A stretch of DNA of 64,000 nucleotides, from positions 113,770,001 to 113,834,000 of the forward strand of contig OZ024740.1 of the NCBI GenBank assembly GCA_964016885.1. Reading direction: 5' to 3'. The translations under genes and the position numbers were made by a program. Origin of the DNA: Eledone cirrhosa (Eukaryota). Positions 56,300 to 64,000 of this stretch are shown in pieces. The first letter of the stretch is position 1; each line of letters opens with the position of its first letter. The notes under the pieces are model-generated. The model did no database searches. It had not been told where the DNA came from and saw only the letters and a program-made list of their open reading frames with translations.

Positions 56300-56522
56300 G
56301 TGTGGGTTTACTGAACATTTATTATAGCAACCGAACATTATAATAAATGTTCGATAAACCCATACGTACATATATATATGTGTGCATGTATGTATATATA
56401 TATATACATACTACTTTACGCCCGTATACATATATGTATGTACGTATACATACTTGTATTTAAGTATCAGCCGTACTAAGAGTGAGAAATTTCATTTCAT
56501 TTCATTCTTTTCCATTTATATA

Positions 56523-56553
<31 letters not shown>

Positions 56554-56640
56554 GAATATGATAGCGGCGCCTTATTTAATAGATTGGGAGTTATCGAAGT
56601 ATAATGACTGTCTATAACCATTTGAATAAACTTATAAGTT

Positions 56641-56683
<43 letters not shown>

Positions 56684-56700
56684 CTACCGTATTGATAAGG

Positions 56701-56773
56701 CTGTGATACACATTTCAATGACGACATTGGCAACACGATTCCGCGTACTCAGTGCCATGATCTCACCAGACAG
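56701..56773 (-). ncRNA. Degenerate hammerhead motif (CUGGUGA core)
   Basis: Minus strand CTGT-CTGGTGA-gatcatggca...tgcc..catt-GAAA-TGTGTA-TC-ACAG. Confidence 0.5.
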
Positions 56774-57069
56774 GTTCTTACATAATAAGGTTACGTTCCC
56801 AAGGCAATCCAAATTGAAACGACAAGGGGACGGACAATGATGTTCTTGAAACCTTCGCCCGTTCCATTGTGAGCCCCAATTCATCTCCAATTCATCTCCA
56901 CGCAATTATTAAAGAAGTTGACCATCTAACCACCTCCCCAAAACACACACACATATATAAGTGTGTTGTGTGTGTGTGTGTGTGTATGTGTGTACGTGTG
57001 TGTGTGCGTGTGTGTGTGTGAGCGTTTGTGTGTATGTATATATATATATATATATATATGACGCCTCAT

Positions 57070-57115
<46 letters not shown>

Positions 57116-57126
57116 ATGGGGCGTCT

Positions 57127-57553
57127 TTACAAAAATGATATATCGTCTATGTGTGTGAACGACATCTCATCTCTCTAAGATTATTAATTAAAACAGAAGG
57201 GCTTTAACGATAACAAGGCTAATCTTTTATTAAATGATTCATTTAATAAAACACAACATAATAAATACATTCATAGGACATACCCTGCAAGCTAAACGGC
57301 AATGGCTTAATTCTTACATTCAAGAAGGGATATGAAAATCTCTTGGTCAAAAAACAGGCGTTTTTACAAAGTACGTCCACGTGGCAGGACAAAGGCGACT
57401 GGAATTGAAAACCAAATCTCTTGAGTTTTACATTGGCGTCTCTTCTTTTAGAGAACGCCGAGATAAGGGAAGTAATTCGTTATTTTTGTGTGTTACCCAC
57501 AGGTGGCGACACTGCGTTGCTATAGTCAACACACTGTCGCCATAGTTACTACA
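57127..57553 (-). repeat. 3' LTR
   Basis: Direct repeat of 62660-63085 with about 8-9 differences. Confidence 0.95.
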
Positions 57554-58039
57554 ATCACCTCCGACCAGATTTTTAATAAAAATCGTAAAACAAACGATAG
57601 CATGGAGGAACTAGAAGTTGTAAATTGGTGCAAGAAAAATTCCTGTAGTATATAACAATGAAGCCAAAGCCTTACAAGGTACTCTTTACAAGTTGTTGAA
57701 ACCGGTTTCAAAACGAACAATATAGAGGGGAAATAGGTTAATGCATGCAAGCATTACACAAAAAAATATACAACAAATGCAATAATTATACACATGCAGC
57801 AATAAATGCAAAATGCATTAAAAATACCATTCGCAGTAAGGGTCCCAAATGCGATTTAAAAAAAAACGATAGGCATTGAAAATGCCATAGGCAGTAAGGT
57901 TACAAAATGCAATGAAAAATTATAATATGCCTTAAAAATACCAAAGGCAGTCAGGGTACAAAATGCAACAACAAATTCAATATACAGTAAAAATAACTGC
58001 AAGAAAAAAGAATACAATTCAGAAGTTTATAGTACTGCA

Positions 58040-61000
58040 TAGCTTACGGGGCCAATGCACCCTTCGACCTGAACGGGTCGTATTTCTGTATGTTGGTGGT
58101 GGGGGTGACGAAGAAACAAGTGTATGTGGCGAAGAAAAAGAAGGGGGCATTTGTGGTTCAAGTGTCACTGTGTCAGTGTCCAGATTGGCTCCTTTGAGGC
58201 GATCAACGGAAATAGTTTCCCTGGACCCCTAATGTCCACTGTGAAATGTGTCTCTGTACGAGCAAGCACACGATATGGTCCAGAGTACGGCCGTGTGAGA
58301 GGGGGTCACAGCGTCGTCTCTAACGAACACATGTGTCCACAAGGCAATATCCCTTGGGACGGCAGTTTTTACAGTTTGCTTCCTAGTGTCCATCGGTGGT
58401 AAATCCTGGAAGTAAGAATGAAGCCGGGACACGTAGGAAGCGGGACCTGCGAAGCAAGATCAACAGGAGCAAGCATTTGCCCCGGTAACGCAAGAGGAGT
58501 ACCATAAATCAATTCGGCCGAGGAGAACCCAAGGTCCACCTTTATTGTCGACCGAATACCTAACAATACAATAGGTAGGTACTCACTCCAACGTGAAGAG
58601 TCCATTGAAGCCCTTAAAGAGGCTTTAAGCTGTCTGTGAAATCTTTCCACCATTCCGTTTGATGCTGGATGATATGCCGTGGTTCTTATGCGAGTGGCGC
58701 CAATAATGTGTGTTAATTCACGGAAGAGGTTCGATTCAAATTGACGACCGCGGTCCGTCGTTATTGTGGTTGGTACTCCAAAACAAGCGATCCATGCAGA
58801 TACGAGAGTACGCGCTGTCGTTTCAGCAATGATATCTGTCATAGGGATGGCTTCAGGCCAACGCGAAAAACGGTCAACGATCGTCAAAATATACGAATAA
58901 CCACGACTAATCGGCCACGGGCCGACGATGTCCACATGAATGTGACGAAATCTGGCATCAGGACAGGTCAAAGTTCCGAGAGGAGTTTTAACGTGCTTAT
59001 GAACTTTTGACTTTTGGCAAGCGACACAGGAACGGCACCAAGCAGCAATGTCACGTCTCATATCAGGCCAGAAAAATCTGGCTGTTATGAGTTTTACCGA
59101 GGCTGTAGTTCCTGGGTGAGAAATGCCATGCAAAGCGAGAAATACAGTTCGTCGATGACCAACTGGGACGAGAGGTCGTGGTGAGTCCAACGAGATATCA
59201 CAAAGTATCTGTCCGTCAGCGGTTGATAAAGGAAGGTATTTCATATTGCAGTTAATGAACTCCGGCGATGTGCAATCCAATGATTCAAGCGAGGGTTGGT
59301 CAATGTCCATTTGACGCAAATCTATATCGTTAGACGACGAGATCGAAGCTATCGGGAGACGAGACAAGGCGTCTGCCGCAGTGTTCAAAGCAGCCGGAAT
59401 ATGTTGAATATCATTGGTGTATTGGGAAACAAAATCCAGATGTCTAGTTTCCCTAGGCGAATATTTGTCAGATTTTGATCTTAAAGCGAAAATCAACGGT
59501 TTGTGATCTGTGAAAATAGTGAATGCTCTCCCGTCCAGAACATGGGAGAAATGTTTCACAGATAAATAAATTGCTAAAAGCTCACGCCCGAAAGTACTAT
59601 AACGATTTTCGGCAGGCTTTAGCTTTCTCGAAAAAAATTCCAGTGGTTGTTGTAAACCATCGCACTTCTGTTGCAAGACTGCGCCCACGGCGGTATCCGA
59701 CGCATCAACACAGAGCGATAGCTCGGCGTTGGGTACTGGGTGGGCGAGCAAAGACGCGCTCGCTAACGCCTTTTTCACTTTTTTAAAATCCTCAAGCTGC
59801 GTTTTATTTAAGGAAATGTCCATATTCTTACGCCTGCAATTTTTAAAAATTTCTGTCAACGAGAACAGCAAGTTGGAACAATTAGTCACGAATCGCCTAT
59901 AAAAATGTACAAGGCTTAAGAATTGACGCAATTGTCGCAGTGAACTTGGCGGAGGCAAATCCGATACTGCCTTAACCTTCTCAGGAAGAGGTCGAATACT
60001 ATCGGCGTAAATCAGATGGCCTAAAAATGTTAGTGAAGTCGAACCGAAAACACACTTGGAAGCATTAATACGAACATTATATCTCTGTAAACGACGAAAT
60101 ACGAGATCCAGATGCTTTGAATGCTGCTCAGGAGAAGAACTAGCAATCAACACATCATCGATATACGTGTACACAAAATCCAGGCCCCGAGTAACATCAT
60201 CCATAAATCGTTGGAAGGTACTAGCCGCATTTCTTAGCCCGAAAGGCATAGTAAGGAACTCGAAAGATCCAAAAGGAGTGGCAATAGCAGTATTCGGAAT
60301 ATCCTCCTTTTTAACCGGAATCTGATTATAAGCACGAATCAAATCGAGCTTAGAAAAAATTGTGCAACCTTGTAATGAAGAAGCGAAATCCTGCAAATGC
60401 GGGATTGGATAACGGTCAGGCACAGTAATCGCGTTTAAGCGTCGTTAGTCACCCGTCGGTCTCCAATCACCAGAAGATTTAAGTACCATATGTAGAGGCG
60501 ATGCCCAAGGACTTGTGGAACGCCGAATTATTCCTAATTCCAGCATGTGGTCGAATTCAGACCGTGCAGCTTTCAACTTCTCTGCAGATAATCTTCGAGG
60601 ACGTGAGAAAACAAGTGGACCTGTAGTGGATATAAAGTGTTCAATCACATGATCCGGACTAGCAGTTCGTAATCTTCCTTGCGTCAGCTGTGGGAATGAT
60701 TTTAACAAACTGTGATACTGGTTGCCCACTTCAGCCAAGAAAAATGCAGGGCTTACTGTGGCGATCTCCGGCTTTGTACCCTCGAACGATAGGCCTGTAT
60801 TAGCATCAAAAAGTCGTTGTCTGCGGATGTCAATCGACAAGGAAAAATGGTGGAGAAAATCCGCTGCCAAAATGGCGTATGGCAAGTCGGCGATAGTAAA
60901 TTTCCACTTCAATTAACGACGCAAATTTTTTAACCGAAGAGGAAGCGAAATTTGCCCGTACGTTCGAATGGCCGTGTGGTTGACTGCTCGTACATTTATA

Positions 61001-61110
61001 TTTTATTCAGATGGTGCTTTTTTGAGATAACTGACTGGCCAAATACTCAGCGACGCGCCAGTATCGACAAGGAAAACTTTTTCGACCGCAGGTCGTATAC
61101 GAAAAGGTGG
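58040..61110 (-). pseudogene. pol: Gypsy Pol: protease, RT, RNase H, integrase (a few stops and frameshifts)
   Basis: FLVDTGAS (~61050-61077), SPWASPLHMV, GD*RRLN (stop at 60445-60447), [56 protein letters not shown]. Confidence 0.92.
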
Positions 61111-61147
61111 CGGTATTGTCGATTTTTCCAGAGTTCAATAGCCGCCC

Positions 61148-62101
61148 CTAGTGGCTCTGCTTTGCGTTTTCCGATCTCTTGTACTTACAGGGCGTGCGAC
61201 AACGTTGTGCCCTACTACCGAAGTTAGCATGATACCAACAAAACGAAGAATTATTGTTGTCTGCGTTGTAGTGCTGGCGATAAATAGAAGACGGCGGCGA
61301 ACGGTACTCGTAGCGGTTTCGAGGAATAGCAGACGGAGGCGAACGGTACTCGTAGCGGTTTCGAGGAATAGCAGACGGAGGCGAACGGTACTCGTAGCGG
61401 TTTCGAGGAATAGCAGACGGAGGCGAACGGTACTCGTAGCGGTTTCGAGGAATAGCAGACGGAGGCGAACGGTACCTCAAACGTTGAGAAGGCTCTCTGT
61501 GTTGTACGGTCAAATCCTCCACTTTTTGGGTGAGCGCTTCGATCATCTCCAACAGTTTGCTGTCGGCCACAGAAGAATTGCGTGGGGGAACAGAAGAAGA
61601 AGCCACACAAGGATTATGCCGACTGCTGTTAGAGTCCACCTCTAGTATTCTATCCGCGGATGCGGCAAGTTGATCTAACGATTCCCTCTCCAAATTATTG
61701 ACCAACACCATCTGCGCACTTGGCGGTAAACGAGAGAAAAATAATTGTTTGAGGAATGGGGTGTCCATCCCCTGGGAGTCGCTCAATTCCCGCAGATGTC
61801 GCAAATAGGAGCTTGGCGCCCTGTCACCCATTTGCGCATCATCTAACAATTCCCGAAAACGACTTTCCGCTGACTTGGTATTCCTCCGAATAATTTCCCC
61901 TTTCAACGAGCCATAAGTAACGTCTGCGGCTAAATTGGTTACCACATCCTTCACGGAATATGCCAACGACACAGGCAAGCCACTAACTAGTACCTTCAGT
62001 TTATGCTGTTCTTTGGTTTTGGTTAAATCAAAATAGCATTCAAGCTGCAAAAACCATAACTTGATGTCGCCTGCGAAGGACGGCAAATGATGTTGATTCA
62101 T
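61148..62101 (-). CDS. gag: Gypsy Gag, 317 aa, intact ORF
   Basis: LWFLQLECYF, MGDRAPSSYLRHL, LFFSRLP, and C-terminal CWYHANFGSRAQRCRTPC knuckle. Confidence 0.85.
   Translation of the reverse strand: MNQHHLPSFAGDIKLWFLQLECYFDLTKTKEQHKLKVLVSGLPVSLAYSVKDVVTNLAADVTYGSLKGEIIRRNTKSAESRFRELLDDAQMGDRAPSSYLRHLRELSDSQGMDTPFLKQLFFSRLPPSAQMVLVNNLERESLDQLAASADRILEVDSNSSRHNPCVASSSVPPRNSSVADSKLLEMIEALTQKVEDLTVQHREPSQRLRYRSPPSAIPRNRYEYRSPPSAIPRNRYEYRSPPSAIPRNRYEYRSPPSAIPRNRYEYRSPPSSIYRQHYNADNNNSSFCWYHANFGSRAQRCRTPCKYKRSENAKQSH
61290..61475 (-). repeat. In-frame 42-bp tandem repeat in gag (~4.4 copies of YEYRSPPSAIPRNR)
   Basis: cggaggcgaacggtactcgtagcggtttcgaggaatagcaga is repeated. Confidence 0.95.
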
Positions 62102-62348
62102 GATGCCGAAAGATTTGATGAATTTTTAAGGCCAAATTTTTTATTCGAAGCAGCTATGCGAACAAAAAATGACACTGTAATCCAAAACCTTATTTTGCTA
62201 ATTCAACTGAAATTCTTTTTGAAAATTCTCGCCGGCCAAAATATAATTTGCATAATAAAAAAAATTATTTTCCACGAAAATTATTTGGTAAGAAAATCCC
62301 AAGATGGCTGATTGAAAAATGTGTTTGTGATTTATATCCAGAGAAATC

Positions 62349-62383
<35 letters not shown>

Positions 62384-62644
62384 AGAAGTTGATGCAGAAG
62401 GAAAAATATTGTTCACACAAAGACAATATACCAAACAACAACGGGCCTGAATTCCATATATATATGTGCAGTGTCGCACACTTTGTACATAAAATAAATA
62501 TCATTGTTGATAAAACGCTGGATGAGTTGTGATAATTTTTTTTTTGTTTTTATCTAACTATGCTTGCAAGGCAGGTCAGAAGGGGATACAATTCAGCAAT
62601 ACAGAAGAATTTTAAACACAGAAGAATTTTAAAAATTGTTCTTA

Positions 62645-62657
62645 GTCGGCGTCACCA
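62645..62657 (-). promoter_or_regulatory. Primer binding site, probably tRNA-Trp
   Basis: TGGTGACGCCGAC lies 2 nt after the 5' LTR, one mismatch from TGGTGACCCCGAC (complement of the tRNA-Trp 3' end). Confidence 0.7.
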
Positions 62658-62659
62658 AT

Positions 62660-63085
62660 TTACAAAAATGATATATCGTCTATGTGTGTGAACGACATCT
62701 CATCTCTCTAAGATTATTAATTAAAACAGAAGGGCTTTAACGATAACAAGGCTAATCTTTTATTAAATGATTTATTTAATAAAACACAACATAATAATTA
62801 CATTCATAGGACATACCCTGCAAGCTAAACGGCAATGGCTTAATTCTTACATTCAAGAAGAGATATGAAAATCTCTTGGTCAAAAAGAGGCGTTTTTACA
62901 AAGTACGCCCACGTGGCAGGACAAAGGCGACTGGAATTGAAAACCAAATCTCTTGAGTTTTACATTGGCGTCTCTTCTTTTAGAGAACGCCGAGATAAGG
63001 GAAGTAATCCGCTATTTTTTTGTGTTACCCACAGGTGGCGACACTGCGTTGCTATAGTCAACACACTGTCGCCATAGTTACTACA
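62660..63085 (-). repeat. 5' LTR
   Basis: Begins TGTAGTAAC on the minus strand and is followed by the PBS. Confidence 0.95.
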
Positions 63086-63562
63086 CGTCTAATTGGCATT
63101 GTCGGTAACTATGCTGGGGATCGGTTCTTCCTCTATATCTCTTCGTCAGTTCTCTCTATTTCTCACTCTCATTCTTTCTATGGAGGAACACAGAGGGACA
63201 CACAGGGGTATAGACATGCCCGGGTTGAATACATACATGCACAAATTAAACAGAAATAAATTAGTAAACGACACAATGACGAAATACTATAATTTAACGC
63301 TTGAGTTGTAGTCTTTCATCAGAAATTAGAATGAGACTAAAAATATGAAATAGAGAGACAAATAGTACGAAGAGGAAGAAACGGAAAGAAATATTTGAAA
63401 AGAAACACACGTGCCATCTGGAGTGAAATGCACACACACACACAACATATATATGTGTATGTGTGTTTTATTAGTAGACTATCAGTGAAAGAGGTGGATA
63501 AAGTGGATATCAGATTACAAGGGATGGCAAAAATGGAATGGCGATGTTAAGAGCGAATAAAC

Positions 63563-63652
<90 letters not shown>

Positions 63653-63771
63653 TGAGAGAGAGAGAGAGAGAGAGAAATGGAAAAATGCGGAATTATATTT
63701 TCTTTCATAATATAGTTTCAAAATTCTTTGGATTATTTGACATTCATGGCGCAGAAATTCAATAACACGTT

Positions 63772-63831
<60 letters not shown>

Positions 63832-64000
63832 AAGAAGAAGAATATAGAGTTTGATTTAGTTTTAAATTATGTGGCAAAATCTAAACACACACATACACAG
63901 ATACACACTGACACATACGCACACAAACACATATAAAACACATATAAACACACACATATATTTATATATGTCTGTGTGTCTGTGATCTGTGTCAGTGTGT

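Larger units (their letters stand above)
57127..63085 (-). mobile_element. Ty3/Gypsy LTR retrotransposon, structurally complete
   Basis: Two ~427-bp LTRs, flanking cgtc(t) duplication, PBS, and gag-PR-RT-RH-IN domain order. Confidence 0.95.

Noticed and set aside
63140-63330. Minus-strand CTGACGA and CTGATGA heptamers
   Set aside because: No correctly placed GAAA or stem III.

Overview
AT-rich eukaryotic DNA packed with microsatellites and transposons, with no recognisable host gene. The SINE and microsatellite profile resembles an octopus/cephalopod genome (inference). Most ORFs in the supplied track are (TA)n/(CA)n/(GA)n artefacts. Real coding remnants: (1) a Penelope-like element (PLE; RT plus C-terminal GIY-YIG) at 10663-14444 (-); (2) a PLE C-terminal fragment at 33168-33359 (-); (3) a near full-length Tx1/L1-type LINE at 40842-46799 (-), inserted in an (AAT)n tract of another PLE fragment; (4) a complete Ty3/Gypsy element at 57127-63085 (-) with LTRs about 98% identical. 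Also present: a non-autonomous Helitron, hAT/Charlie-like termini, several SINEs and a ~78-bp minisatellite. The most striking unannotated signal is about 20 minimal type-I hammerhead ribozyme (HHR) motifs from about 13 sequence-unrelated cassettes. They follow the pattern stem I-CUGANGA-stem II-GAAA-palindromic stem III-NUH-stem I'. They sit mostly inside or beside (TA)n arrays and are often arranged as inverted or partial tandem duplications, consistent with a diverse PLE pseudo-LTR/retrozyme-like system. All structures were read by eye and need computational and biochemical confirmation.
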